Positions 23,979 to 36,445 of a DNA stretch of 64,000 nt are shown one piece after another. The translations under genes and the position numbers were made by a program. The first letter of the stretch is position 1; each line of letters begins with the position of its first letter. Source of the stretch: Asterionella formosa (lineage: Eukaryota); NCBI GenBank assembly GCA_002256025.1, contig NKIB01004673.1, positions 1 to 64,000 of the forward strand, written 5' to 3'. Below the pieces are notes generated by a model that made no database searches, was not told the DNA's origin, and worked only from the letters and a program-made list of their open reading frames with translations.

Positions 23979-25325
23979 ATGAACTGCACGACAATAACAT
24001 CCCACTCTCGCCAGTCGTCGACATCATCTGTCTATACGCATGTCATAGAGGACGATTCATTCATGAATGGCGCCCTCTCGTCCAAGCAACTTCCCAACAA
24101 ATTCTTTGACACATCAGTAACTGAAGATGGCTTTGGAGACGACAAATCCTCCTTTCAATCGTCATTCAGTTGGAGGCAAGACCCAGTTGACTCGCTATCA
24201 GACTGGACTATTGAAATAACTGGAAGATGCGAGGATGACTCTAGCAAGCTCTTTTACCATACTTACCACGTGCATAAATGCAAACTCGGCGCAGGGCCGC
24301 GACGAAGCAAATACTTTCAATCACTCCTTTCCACAGTCAGCCACTTGGCGGAGCACAGGGAACAGACTTCACGTATTGAAATTTTGGAAACGGAGGTCTC
24401 TTCCTTTGAACGCTTTCTTGATTTCATGTATGAGGTCGAGCCACAGGACATGGTGACCACCTCGAATGCAGTCATTATGCGCTATCTTGCCTTTTACTTT
24501 CAATGTGGAGCGCTCATGATTCAAGTCAACAGATTTTTGGGCAAGGACTTGTTACCAGTCAACGGACCTCATTATCTAGCCGAGGCATCTAAATATCAAG
24601 ATCAACGCCTGCAAGCTGCGGCAGCCAATGTCTGCTCAGCACACGTTGACAGCCTACCGGAGCATTCATTGAATACTCTGCCCATGGAGTTATTCCAGAG
24701 AATCCTGCGGTCATCCGAGATTAGGTGTGCAAGTTATGCACTCAGCGTGGTGGTGGCAAGTTATCTTGAGCATCATTCTGACGAAGTGACTGCCGCGGTC
24801 CTTGTTGACTTGACACGAGATATACACGAGTTTGATGAAGGAGCGGCTCAGACTATCCTGGCCATGGTACAAAAGTTGTCGCCCAAGCAGGATATGTCCA
24901 GTTGGAATTTGTTAGAGAACGTCGTATTCAGATGTGCCTTAGCCACAAATTGGCGAGCCATGGATGCGAAGGCTTTGCGAAAGTCCTTTCAACACGATTG
25001 GAGTACGGACCATGAGTACCACCAGCAATCATCCTTTGCCGCCATTCAATCAGTAGCTGCATTAAAGAGCGCACAGAAAGACTTTCAAGAAACTATCGGA
25101 AGGAAGGACGCAGAGATATCTGCTTTAAAGGAAGATAATTCGGAGTTGCAATTTGAAAAGAATACACTGGTGGCGGAACTATCAAGCTTAGCCAATGAAA
25201 TTGATCAATTGAGGGCGCAATTAGAATGGTCACAACTCCATGATAGCGCGAGAAGGATCTATGGGGATTCAGCTACTGCGAGACAGGGAAGAAGGTATTT
25301 CGAAAGCAATCAGGGAGGTTTCTGA
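23979..25325 (+). CDS. BTB/POZ-domain protein with a C-terminal coiled coil
   Basis: FSWRQDPVDSLSDWTIEI...YHVHKCKLGAGPRRSKYF...FERFLDFMY is the diatom BTB pattern. The C-terminus is heptad-rich. ATG at 23979. Confidence 0.85.
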   Translation: MNCTTITSHSRQSSTSSVYTHVIEDDSFMNGALSSKQLPNKFFDTSVTEDGFGDDKSSFQSSFSWRQDPVDSLSDWTIEITGRCEDDSSKLFYHTYHVHKCKLGAGPRRSKYFQSLLSTVSHLAEHREQTSRIEILETEVSSFERFLDFMYEVEPQDMVTTSNAVIMRYLAFYFQCGALMIQVNRFLGKDLLPVNGPHYLAEASKYQDQRLQAAAANVCSAHVDSLPEHSLNTLPMELFQRILRSSEIRCASYALSVVVASYLEHHSDEVTAAVLVDLTRDIHEFDEGAAQTILAMVQKLSPKQDMSSWNLLENVVFRCALATNWRAMDAKALRKSFQHDWSTDHEYHQQSSFAAIQSVAALKSAQKDFQETIGRKDAEISALKEDNSELQFEKNTLVAELSSLANEIDQLRAQLEWSQLHDSARRIYGDSATARQGRRYFESNQGGF

Positions 25326-25674
25326 TACTGCTCAAAAAGAGAATTGTATCTTTCAAAGTGTTTCATAAGTTTCCGCAATTCAGCAGCGATAATTTGAGCC
25401 AATATACAAGACCGAGTCTTCAATGCGGATCGTGCGATGAAGCTTAAGCATTTTGAATTGCAATTCTGATGAATTTTGGTTTTGAGAAGATTTCAGTAAC
25501 CAGAGGTATTAAGACGAGACCAAGCGAACCACTATCGCAGCAACAATGCATCAAACAGGCACAAAGGGAAGAGGGTCGGGAGGGAGTTGAGATGAGTGAC
25601 GAAAACATTAAATTAATTAGCGAATACATGCTCCTATGTGAGCAAAAAAATTATGAATGCATTGTGGAATAGGT

Positions 25675-26880
25675 CTATGCTGCCCTGGCTTTGTCTGAAA
25701 CTCTGCCTCTATGCATTGTTCTCCTTGAAGGGATTCTTGGCTTACTGAGGTGATGGACTGCTTCCATACATTTCTCCATTCCACGGGAAACCACGCTCAT
25801 ATCGGGACGCTTGCTCAAATCGGAATGCCATCCACAGGTAATCAGTGTCGACAGCGCAGAAGGCCAGGCTGGATCAACTTCGGGACGGTTATTGCATTCG
25901 GCAACGTGGTGGAAGTGGTGAGAGGAACCCATGCCGGTGTAGGCTTTTTTTAGGGAAATTATTTCCCAGATAACAATACTGTAGCTATATGTGTCAGCAC
26001 TGAGATTGTAAGGCATGTTTTTCATTACTTCAGGTGCCATGTATCTTTGAGTGCCTGTCATACCAGTCATTTGGTAAATGTTGTCATGGAGAAGTTCTCG
26101 TGGATCTAGCTCCTTCGCCAATCCAAAGTCAAACAACTTCAAAGTTCCAGTCTTGTCAAATCCAATGTTGTCTCCTTTGAGGTCACGGAAGATAATTTTT
26201 TTGCTGTGTAGGTAGCTGAGAGCCTTTGCAAGGTCTGCTGCAACAGTAACTCTCGTTAGAAAGAGATCCCGAAGGGCGGGAGAGTTCTGGAATAATCGGT
26301 CTTGATTGCATTTTGGCAGTTCCTTTATCAGGCAATCGTTTCGCTGGGCCCAGCTCTCGATCATATCTTTCACAGTACATTCCAGTTTATCGGTAATGAT
26401 AAAGTAGTTACCTTCGACAAAATGGCGAAAGCCCTCAACACCATCACTGCTGATGGCATGAAGGGTAACAATGTTTGGGTGACTGATGCTTGATAGGAGC
26501 TTTGCTTCAATTACGAGGTCTGATGCTCCATTGATGTACCTGTCGGGATTTTTCATAGTATTACGACTGAGGTATTTAATGGCGAAAACACCTTTGGGAG
26601 CTTGAGTGGCCAGGTCATTGCGTCGTTCTTGTTGATCGTTGCTGAAAGTTTTCTTGTCGTCACTTATCTTCTCGATGGCGTGAACTTCGTAGACATCACT
26701 GTAACCACCTCGTCCCAACAGATTGGAAATCATAATCTCATCGCGATGCAAACGCGGAATGGCAATTTCTCTTCGATGATCAAAAATCCTTGAGTGCTCG
26801 TAAAAGGAATTTGCGATTCGTTCAGCTTTCTTCACAACTCGACGTCCGAGTATCACAGATTCGTGCTTTTCGTTCACCAT
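25675..26880 (-). CDS. Protein kinase (TKL-like, diatom-expanded family)
   Basis: LGRGGYSDVY, AIK, HPNIV, IFRDLKGDNIGF, LFDFGLA, GTQRYMAPE, DTYSY, W..RP. Confidence 0.95.
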   Translation of the reverse strand: MVNEKHESVILGRRVVKKAERIANSFYEHSRIFDHRREIAIPRLHRDEIMISNLLGRGGYSDVYEVHAIEKISDDKKTFSNDQQERRNDLATQAPKGVFAIKYLSRNTMKNPDRYINGASDLVIEAKLLSSISHPNIVTLHAISSDGVEGFRHFVEGNYFIITDKLECTVKDMIESWAQRNDCLIKELPKCNQDRLFQNSPALRDLFLTRVTVAADLAKALSYLHSKKIIFRDLKGDNIGFDKTGTLKLFDFGLAKELDPRELLHDNIYQMTGMTGTQRYMAPEVMKNMPYNLSADTYSYSIVIWEIISLKKAYTGMGSSHHFHHVAECNNRPEVDPAWPSALSTLITCGWHSDLSKRPDMSVVSRGMEKCMEAVHHLSKPRIPSRRTMHRGRVSDKARAA

Positions 26881-27059
26881 GTTGCAATAAAAATAAAATA
26901 TACTAGGAAAACTGGTGTGAGGGACTGTGCACGAAGTAAAGTTACTTCGAGTATTTATAGAGAAAAGTGCGCTGTTGACAGTTTAAATTGCTCTGGAGGT
27001 ATGAGAACAATTACCGGAAATAGGAAGATAGCTTCGGATTTTGCCGTTCAGCAGTATCT

Positions 27060-27836
27060 ACTACCGGTATACAGGTAAATGAAAAAATATACGGCGTGAA
27101 TGATGTCACACAGAACAAACAAAACTTCGAATATATGACATTGTTGGTCGTGAAGGCCGTGCTGAGTTTCATGTTGGTATAGTTTTAAAAGTATATACCG
27201 GTAGCAGTAGAGGAGTACCTGGTACCAGGTTGATACCAGGAACTACCAGTCCCGGTAACTATGATAGACCGCCCAGTACTACCAGTATCGGTATTTGTGC
27301 CACATTTTGTATACCGGTAATGCTGGTCCAGGTACCAGTTACCTGGTACCCTGCACTTACATACTTCCTATGATACTTGCCGGTACATTATCATTACGTA
27401 CAGCATACTTCGAGCACAGCATTCTTGTGTACCGGTATTTTCTTACCGTCGGTTAATGTCGTCAAACACCTACCAGGGTACCCACCAGCAGTAGTCGCCT
27501 TCGATGAGGGGGCACTTCTAGCACTGGTACCAGGTACCTGGTTCTGCACCAGCGCATTTGAAGAATTTGACAGAAATACGTCGATGTTTGCTTCAGCTTT
27601 CAGAATACCGGTATTTTGACACGACCACTAAGCAATATTGTGCTGCAGTACCTGGTACTCTCCATATACTATTGGGTCTTGGCACGACCAGTATTCTGAA
27701 TGCCACGTACAGCAAAGCGCTTCGAAAGGCTTCCTCAAATACGGATAGACAAGATCGCTTAGTATATAATATGTCAAGAAGGCCCGAAATAACTGAGAAT
27801 CATTCGTGCCTCATTTCGTCTTAGCGTACCGGTACT
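27060..27836. repeat. Dense cluster of GGTACC / TACCGGTA / TACCWGGTA palindromic words
   Basis: Examples: gtacctggtaccaggttgataccagg (about 27215), ccaggtaccagttacctggtacc (about 27328), ctggtaccaggtacctgg (about 27524). Confidence 0.85.
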
Positions 27837-29044
27837 TGAGCGACGGTGATGCAATGACAACGCGGCTACCGTATAATACTAACTACACTACTAATGTAGT
27901 CGCAATTTAGGGTTGCGACCCACACTTGTATCAATCTCGAGCCCCTCCCCATCTCGAGCAATGATTTTCAGTGTTTCTACAGGCCTAACAAAAAAGACAA
28001 CCTTGTTGCAACTCATTCTACTCAGAGGTACTCCTAGTATATAGAGTACACGATGATTTGGTGGTTTCGTGGTTTGGTGCCAAAGAAAACAATTCTGTAC
28101 ATATTTCTGCATTGTCAGTGTGTTTGAAACATTTTGGATGTATTATACGGCTCTGTGTAATATCACATGGGGAAATGTATAGCAGTAATGAGCTTCCGAC
28201 TAGGTTTAGGTAGTATAGTAAGACTACATTTTGCTGAAGGTTATGAAAGTCTACCATATGGTAATGGTAATCATAGAAAGTACATACATTCACATGTGGC
28301 AAATAGGAGGCCACTCCGAAGGATTGGTGGACAGAAAATACATATGATAAATCTCTTCAAGGTATTCTAAGAGAGCATCTCGAGGAGGCACCAGGTCAAA
28401 CAACAGGAAATCGTTGTCGGGCTTGAGAACTCCACCAATCTACATGGCACTAACCATTTCAACGCCTATACTGTTGCCTTACACCAGGAACCAAGACCTG
28501 GTGGCACTTGGTCTGGTAACAGAGGCTGAAAGAGGGACTTGCACTATTATGGCTGATAGCCAGAAATCAACCCACCAAAAATCAAAATAATTTGTCACCC
28601 ATGATTTCAAGATGCTGCAGAAAGTTTATACCAGATAGCACTAAATCAAAGACGCCGTTTACGGCACTTTTCGAATTTATGTCTAAAGTGGATTAGTTTT
28701 GCTACTTTCCTAAATTATCATGTTACTCTTTTATGATTTTTTTTGGGTGCACTCCAAAATTATTTGTTCTTAAACGAATTTTATTTCACTTATCGAATAA
28801 TTATGTCATCAAACCAATAATTATTTGGGTTCACAACAATATAAATTGACCAAATAGCCATTGCAACATAATCGGCATTGTAGATGGCTATAAGTACCAA
28901 GATTACTTCAACTTGTAGTTTCCTATGCTCTTCCTACTAAAAATAGTCATGACCTCACTGCCTATGAAGGCATGCACCATGTGAGATCACAACAACTGGA
29001 TATGATATTATTAGCATTTATGAATTATTGCTTTTTTCTAAGAG

Positions 29045-29142
29045 CATCGCCACTGCATCGACCAAATACCAAAGCCAATTGTAGTTGAAATTATCAAGCC
29101 ACATCACTTTGTCAAGAAATTTCATATCAATAGTCGAATTTT
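29045..29142. repeat. Dispersed repeat C, copy 1 (other copy about 61119-61220)
   Basis: ccactgcat.gaccaa..accaaagccaattg.agttga.attatcaa..cacatca...tatcaa.agtcga.ttttt is shared in the same orientation. Confidence 0.85.
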
Positions 29143-32140
29143 TAAAAAAATTCTTCCCATCGCATGGAAAAAACCTAAAAGAGGTGGGCGCGCACTCTGA
29201 AATTCAAAAAATATTATATCATGTTTACCCATAACCAAAAAAAATGTGTTTGTGTTGACCAAATTCGGTAACCTTGTAAGAACCACCCCGAAACACAAAT
29301 TTGTCCAGTTATAATTAACACTGGAATGTAAAAATAAGTATAAATACGACACCTTTTTCCGTCCGGTGAAAAATGAGAGAGTTCTTCACCTCGCAAGAAA
29401 AACGCGATATTGGCGATCTCAATCTTCGTTGTCATTATTAGTGTTATTACTTTAATTCTTTCACCATTGTATTTTTATGTCTGCTTAATGTATGATGTAG
29501 CAAGCAGCAAAGCGTTGTTCTCAATTTTCGCGGAGATAATTCGTATTTTCTTCATCGTCAAGGTTGCGACAGCATGATGGAGGGTTCTCCAGCTGCTCAC
29601 AACCACTACCTTCTCACTCTAGTGTTTTATCTGTACAAAGTAATCGCAAAATCGTAGCTAAATAGTTATGTACCGCTGCCTACGAGAAAAAAGAATTTCA
29701 GCACGTTACTTTCTGGATGTTTGGTCCCACCACGAAAAAAATGCAAGGGGGGAGGGGGCAGCAACCACAGGGGGAGGCCAGAGTACTCTGAATTATACGG
29801 TTTACCGGTACTACATATCAATCAGCTTCCTTAATATATACTATATGCATTGATCATCATCTGTTGTGAATTGTGACGATATCTTCATCCTCTTTCGGTC
29901 AAATGTAACCAGCCACAGAGAAGGTTTCCCTTCCTCTCCAAGGCTGCTAGAACTCAAATGAACAGAACTCAAATGAACAAGAGGAGGCAGCATGACACAC
30001 GAGAGGATGCATTGCTACGAAAATTTAACACCAGTAATAATCGTGGATTTTATGCAATGCAAACTTGGTTTCATTTCAAATGCTTTGCTTATGGTCTTGT
30101 TGCTACTACATACCGGTATGATGATTTGCTTGAATGTGCAAACACCAGTTGTGCAAATGCATAATACTGATTATTGCCTGATCGATTGCTTTTTTGTGTT
30201 GTTCCATTCATTTAACTCCCGCTATTTAAATACACACACAGAAGCCAAATATATGGTATTATGAAGAAGCGGACGCCAAGTCCAGGTACAACAGTATTTC
30301 ACAGAATCATTCTGTAAAGTGAAGATGAGTTGCACAACCATTTTACCGGACACTGAGGTCGGTGTATTCCGTCTGTACCAGGCAGCTACATACGACAAAT
30401 TCTACACACGAGTATATTGAGAAACGGAATCCAGAATCAGCTTGAATGTAACGCTTGACGTCGAAATCGAGCATCACATCATCAGCATATCACACCGGTA
30501 TCATATATTGCAGCTGGTATGATGATGAATGTCTCGCCAGTGTACATGAGGGCGTAAGTATATTTTGTGAGGGAGTATGCAGTCATGTACTGTGGTTGGA
30601 TTAAAAATAGAACAGAAATTATTCATTTGGACACTGTAACAGTATAAAATCATACACTACCGTAGTCCTCTTAACTATTAGCTACCGGTACTCTAGAATT
30701 CACATGGAAAAATACATTTCTTCCTTGCAAAGGAGCAACACCAGCAATGTCTGCAATCTAAACTGAGGATGGCAGCATACTATATGATGCTGATTGTTAC
30801 CATTATTTACCACCATTTTGTCTACTACTGCAGAGAACATTCTTGCCATCCAAAGATCAAGAAGCTCATCATCATGGCTCCTCAAAACCTGTTTAAAAAA
30901 TTGACAAATCTCTTATCTTGGTGATGGGCCAGGAAACAACTAATATTCTCAACAGCTGTATTGAATTGACATAAATACATTCCAAGTGCAAAGATTAGAC
31001 AGATAACTATTGGATAGGTATAATCAGGCCTTGACTGGTCACCTTTTAAATATTTATCTCTCAAAAGTGCTTGCCAATGCAATGGCCATCATCAACCTTT
31101 TCTTATCCTTATTCCTTGCTGTGATCTTGTAGACTGCTTGTTCACTGCTGGTTCAAGAATTGTAACATTTGGACTTATAGAATGCATGAGTTGATGGTTC
31201 CTCGAGGGCACTCATTCCAATTTAGTTTTGAGTAATTTTAATATTGGTTGTCAAGGCAAGCACCAGCGAACATCTTGAAATTACAAAGCAAAATGCACTG
31301 GACATAAGGTCTGAGAAGGAGGAATGAACCATGACAATTTTGATGAACCTCAATGCTACTAAGGAAGATAATTAATGCTAGAATATCATTAATAACATAC
31401 ATTAGTAAGTGGAAAGGATTGGTAAATTTAATTTTATAGCACCATTATGAATCTTGTGTAATTGAGATCAAGCAAGTATCTTCATTGCTTTGGCCCAGCT
31501 TTGTGTACTTCGCAACAATTATATCAAAGTATGTATGGCCAATAGTGAGACCGAAATGAATAGGATTCACGATTTAATTGCCTTTCTTTTTTCCTTCCTC
31601 CAAAGATGTTTACGAACAGAAGTAATGGTACATCGCTCACACCGGAATATTATCCTGATCAATATTTCAAAAAAAACTCTGTGATATTGTATAACCTCGA
31701 GCCAATCACAAAATGCGGGAATTTTTTTTGTTTCATCGTTATTCCAATGAATCTGTATACCGGTATAGAAACGGCAGCACAGTTCTGTTGAAAGGAGTTG
31801 AAGAATATATTGCAACTAATTTTTTAACTTCTCGTCATTGGAACTCGACTTCTTAGATGAAGGATATAACACAAGAATGGTTTGTTGATCGATCCTTCAA
31901 AGGACAATGCTTGTCAGGCGAAGTTCTGAAGAACGCTATACAAATGAACAAGGTACCTTGAATTATATGCAAGTACAATTGCGGCAATCAGAAACGAGGT
32001 GTCCAAACGACTGTAACTAGTCTATTACCTGAGAGGTAGTTCACAAGAACAGTGCCATTAGTGTACAGTTTCGTCGTTGTCCTGTTGCAGACAACGCATA
32101 ATTTTCTTTGCTGTTTGTGGCTTCCTTGATTCATTCCATT

Positions 32141-33001
32141 ATGTTGCTAAAAGTTTGCTTCCTTCTTTCCCTCCTCCAGAGTGTCGTGACTGGATTCCCT
32201 TTCGCCGCAGGATATTGCGGCGCTGGAATAGAGGGAATCGGACCAAGTGCTCACACCACTGCGAAGTTGGTGAAGACTGGCGAATTATCGACTGCTGGCT
32301 TTGAATTGTACATTGGAGGTGAGCGTGTCTACAAGAATTTCAAGTTCTGCTCTGGCCTGACTCACAAAGTTGAGCTTAGAGCCACTACCGACGTCATGCG
32401 AGGGTTCTTGATGAGATTGTCGTCCACCAATGGAGAAAACACCAAAGAAGCATTGGCCACAACCGACAGCAATGCACAAATATTTGACATGTGCCTGAAG
32501 GACGGGGTGGGTGGCTTGAGTCACGTGAGCGACAATTCTAAAACCAATGTTACAGGTACTCTGCATATGCCATGTTTTACGGGATCTCTAACATTTGATG
32601 TAACTACCGTGATTTCGTGGCAATTTAGTCATGGTTCTGCTGAATGGTTCGTTTCGCAATTCAATCTACAAGCTGTTGCTCCGGGCACAGTCATCTCCAA
32701 TGCAGCTGGCTTTGGTCCAACAGCTTCACCAACCAATGCTCCATGCGCGTCTGAGGCAGGTGCCTACTGCATTGAAAATGCAGGTTGCTGCACGAATCAT
32801 TGCATTCGAGCAGTAACGAACGCCATCAGTGCTCCTGGGTACAGTGATACATCTTCGTCCTCATCGAGCATTTCCATTTCGTCTAAGTCGTACAATTCAA
32901 CAAGCTCTTCGTTCCAGACTGCGCCCCCCGGCTACTATATTGTACATATTCTGCCTTTCCTTGCAGTGGTACTCTTTGGGATTATTCACGAGACAGCATA
33001 G
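32141..33001 (+). CDS. Secreted or membrane-anchored Reeler-like protein with a small Cys-rich motif and Ser-rich stalk
   Basis: Signal MLLKVCFLLSLLQSVVTG-FPFAAGYC. Reeler-like MRGFLMRLS...GLSHVSDNSK...FDVTTV. Then a PTASPT linker, CASEAGAYCIENAGCCTNHC, a Ser run and a hydrophobic C-terminus. Confidence 0.65.
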   Translation: MLLKVCFLLSLLQSVVTGFPFAAGYCGAGIEGIGPSAHTTAKLVKTGELSTAGFELYIGGERVYKNFKFCSGLTHKVELRATTDVMRGFLMRLSSTNGENTKEALATTDSNAQIFDMCLKDGVGGLSHVSDNSKTNVTGTLHMPCFTGSLTFDVTTVISWQFSHGSAEWFVSQFNLQAVAPGTVISNAAGFGPTASPTNAPCASEAGAYCIENAGCCTNHCIRAVTNAISAPGYSDTSSSSSSISISSKSYNSTSSSFQTAPPGYYIVHILPFLAVVLFGIIHETA

Positions 33002-33523
33002 GTTCTCTTGACTCATATAAAACTGAAAGAAAGTGACTTGGCAATTCTATGCAGTGATACTCATTGATATTATCAATGATGTAGTCTACATAGCTTTGCT
33101 CGACTTAACAATATGCATAGATATATTTGGGCAAAAGATTTTGCGATCAATGCTTTAAAATTTCGTCGCATCGTACTGGAACACAATAAAGTAGAACCAA
33201 TAAAATTCGTTAAAGCTGGAACAAATCAATGCGTCCCAAGCAAGCACTAATGCTAGCATGGGTCCGCAGGAGGAAAATTCTTTAAAGATCGGATAGACTA
33301 CAATAAGTACAGGTATATGTAAGGACATTGTGTTTCGAGAGAATGACACTACGAACGATGAGTGATGCGCAGGCAGCAGAGATAATCACCATCTAATTCA
33401 TTCAAGCATATCAAGGAACCTGCTTGTCGAATCGACAAATTATCGAAATCTTGTGTAGAATTTTATAGATATCTATAGTCTTCTGGGTCGATGACAGCCG
33501 CTATCAACGAATATTATGGTGAT

Positions 33524-35035
33524 TCAACCGGCAAAAATCGAATCCGCAACACTTTCATGTTTGCTTGTCAATGCAAGATGTAGTTCCGACAACAGACTGA
33601 TTTTTTCCTGCTGTGAAGGCACGGGCAAAACAGCACTGGTGAGTTCACAGTGCCATTCATTTGTGGTGTTACCATCCTCGTCCTCCTCCTCGTTCGGAAG
33701 ATCGTTCGCTTCGAATTCTTCGGGCTTCTCCAAGGTTGCAAGCCGATTTTGCAACTCGTTCAGCATCATAGACTGAATCATCACGTGTTTCTGAGAGAGT
33801 GAATATTCATCCATCTTGACAGTAGATTTGTAAGACTTTCCCCTGCCAGAAAATACAAGAATTCTTGTTTCAGTTTTGAACGCTGCAGTCGCAAGGGAAG
33901 GCGACCGCCCAAAATCTTCGAAATCTTCGTGTTGGTGCTCTCTTTGTGTCTCAGTAGCCTTTTCGGTTTCACATGCAGCTATTTCGGTTTTCGCACCTCT
34001 TGCCTCATTTTTGAACAGCAGTTCATTCAACTCTTTCGCCTGACGAAGGACTCCTTGAAATTGAACCCACCACTTCTGCCTTGTGACTTCATTGATTTCT
34101 TGTTCAAAAGCCCATAGCGCAGCTTGTGCTGCTCCAATTTGTTGATGGAGCTGACTTGTCGAGGTATGACCAGTCAAGAGGTTCCTGGAACAACCGAAGA
34201 TCCCGTCTATGAATTCGCTAGCTTCTCTAGACTTGACAATTGCACCTGATAAATCTTGTTTGAGACATCCACTCATTGTATTTGTCAGCAATAACTCGTC
34301 CACCACATTCGCTACTAAACCGCTCAAGTCCCTTTTTGTCTTCTTGAGCCAGAACAGGGTGATAACTTGAGGTCCTCTTGTTTCGTCATCACCTGCATCT
34401 AGCAATTGCATCAGTACTGTTCGATAGTCAAGCATCGTATCAGCCAAAAGTCGCTTGGCAAGAATTGGTTTCGTGGTAGAAAGCTCCACTCGCTCTACGG
34501 ACGGCGAATACGGTCCCACACCAAGCTGCATGCCTGTCGTCATACGCAGGATCTCTATAGCTCGATCCATCTTGGCAAAAAAATCAACTTGGGCTTTCAC
34601 CAGTTGTAGAATAATCTTCGCAAAATCAGCGGAACGAAACTCATATGTTTGAGTTTTTAAAGCCGGCGCTCCCATGGTTCCTAGACATTTCATAATTTCG
34701 AGACGCGTAGCTAGATGCAGTCGTTGGCACTTGCTGTGTCGGTTTTCCATATAGAATTGCCACAGCTGTTGACTCATCCAAACGATGCCTAAAAACCATG
34801 CAAAAATCGTCCATGTAAAATGCCCAATTCCAATTGTATATCCCAATATCGCAACAATGGCGTATGAAAGAAGAACAACTTCTTTACTTTCCCTTTCGTT
34901 GTTTGGGTCATCGCCGTCTTGTGCAGCATTCGTTGTTCCGTTCTGCTCTGGAATCAATATTTGCTCGTTGTCAAGGAAGCCTTTATCCTCGAGGCCTTGC
35001 AAGTGATGCTCGATGTGAGAATTGAGCACAATCAT
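33524..35035 (-). CDS. Membrane protein, possibly vezatin-like
   Basis: 503-aa ORF with two adjacent TM helices (VVLLSYAIVAILGYTIGIG / WTIFAWFLGIVWM). FFAKMDRAIEIL...GVGPYSPSVERVE resembles the vezatin domain. The ORF is secure; the family call is tentative. Confidence 0.5.
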   Translation of the reverse strand: MIVLNSHIEHHLQGLEDKGFLDNEQILIPEQNGTTNAAQDGDDPNNERESKEVVLLSYAIVAILGYTIGIGHFTWTIFAWFLGIVWMSQQLWQFYMENRHSKCQRLHLATRLEIMKCLGTMGAPALKTQTYEFRSADFAKIILQLVKAQVDFFAKMDRAIEILRMTTGMQLGVGPYSPSVERVELSTTKPILAKRLLADTMLDYRTVLMQLLDAGDDETRGPQVITLFWLKKTKRDLSGLVANVVDELLLTNTMSGCLKQDLSGAIVKSREASEFIDGIFGCSRNLLTGHTSTSQLHQQIGAAQAALWAFEQEINEVTRQKWWVQFQGVLRQAKELNELLFKNEARGAKTEIAACETEKATETQREHQHEDFEDFGRSPSLATAAFKTETRILVFSGRGKSYKSTVKMDEYSLSQKHVMIQSMMLNELQNRLATLEKPEEFEANDLPNEEEDEDGNTTNEWHCELTSAVLPVPSQQEKISLLSELHLALTSKHESVADSIFAG

Positions 35036-36179
35036 GGTTGCATTTATCCGTCATAGCGATGATGATTTTATTTGGAGAAGTAATACGAATTTTGATGTTG
35101 ATTGATATTGCCAAAATGATTATGTAGCCGGCATTATACCGGTATATGGTCGCATTCAAGAAAAAGTTGCGGGAATTTCAATAATCTACTCCCACTGTTC
35201 CGGTATAGCTGCAACACGCTCAGCGGGCTCGATCCACGTCCTTCAAAGAAGCCCTCTGTAGAAGCAATGTACATATTCTATGCGAGGCGATGCCGCTTGC
35301 AGGGATGTCGGTTAGATAAGTATATTGAGGCAAGTATAATGCTAAATTGCAATACATGTGCATCATTTAAGGCTATTGAATTTACTTGTATAATCCTAGC
35401 CAGCATAGCTGTTTTGCTCAACATAGAGCAGTGGTGGTATGCGATAATTAAGAGTGGCTGATTTCAAATACAACAAACAAGAGTAGAAATGTCTTGCTAA
35501 ACGAAAATTTGGCATCACCTAAATGGAAACGAAAATTGATGGACAAGTCTTGGGCCTTAAGGCCAACAACAATGACCCTTCTTGTGACATTCACCATTTT
35601 TGAGGTTTTTTTGTTGAAAGAAAATGGAGAAGGCACAAGGGAGGATGGCAAGGCTTGTTGTCATGTTAGGTTTCTCGGCAGAAATTTGATCAAAAATGCT
35701 CCCCTTCCCATTGCTGGGAGATATGCTGAGGTGCAAGAGTTTTGGGAAAATTCCTTGGATGTCTCTGTGAGATGCAAGAGTGAACGTGGATTTGGAGTAG
35801 CAACTTCTTCTTTCTCCGATGAAATCATTAAACTGGATGTAATTGATTTTGGGGAAACATAAGAATAAATATAAAGAAAATGAGGAGGAGTTCATAGAAA
35901 TAGAATAGTATAGTATTCTAAATGGTACAGACTTACACTTTTCAACTTGGAGTTTTTATTCTTTTTCTTTCATTATATAAAAGTAAATCTATAGATATAA
36001 ACCTAATGCTTGTGAATAAAACAAAACCAATCTATTCATTTATGGCGGGAAGATAGATTGTTCCTATGCAGCCACTAGGGCAAAACAGCCAAAACCCATC
36101 CATCATAAAATGAAAATAAAAACATTAAACCAATCCTCATTTTGAATCTCCAAAATCCTACTATTTTCATCAATATAAT

Positions 36180-36445
36180 TATCCTTCAAGAATGCATGTG
36201 CGAATTTGATTGCCTGTTTCGATGCCCAGTGGTGAATAGGAAACAACCCTGTCTCTGCAATGTTTCTTTTTCCATTTATGGAATTCTTCCAAACAACTCT
36301 GGAATGTTAGAAATGCCGAATTCAATTTCCTTGGACAAAACAAATCTGTAACAACCTTGATCAGTAAGTCGACATTGTCTCTTGCTTCCTTGACTGAATC
36401 CCACTGACAAGCCTGTAAAGCTCAGGAAAAGGATAAATCATGATT
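36180..36445 (-). pseudogene. Degenerate C-terminal fragment of a Tc1/mariner (plant-type DD39D-like) transposase
   Basis: The minus strand reads NHDLSFS*ALQACQWDSVKEARDNVDLLIKVV...RKLNSAFLTFQSCLEE, then in a shifted frame IP*MEKETLQRQG. This matches the mariner tail DL.FFRALQS...LN..FLTLQSC..E...IPHM.K..L.R.G. Confidence 0.7.

Noticed and set aside
27060..27836. Possible CRISPR-like or telomeric array
   Set aside because: There is no constant-length repeat-spacer structure, no cas genes, and no uniform strand-biased telomere unit.
30324..30420. Short reading MSCTTILPDTEVGVFRLYQAATYDKFYTR, resembling an RLY...HFYT repeat motif
   Set aside because: It is about 30 codons, bounded by stops, with no supporting splice structure, so it could be chance.
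35448..35895. Overlapping 67-122 aa ORFs on both strands
   Set aside because: No recognisable motifs; probably decayed repeat sequence.
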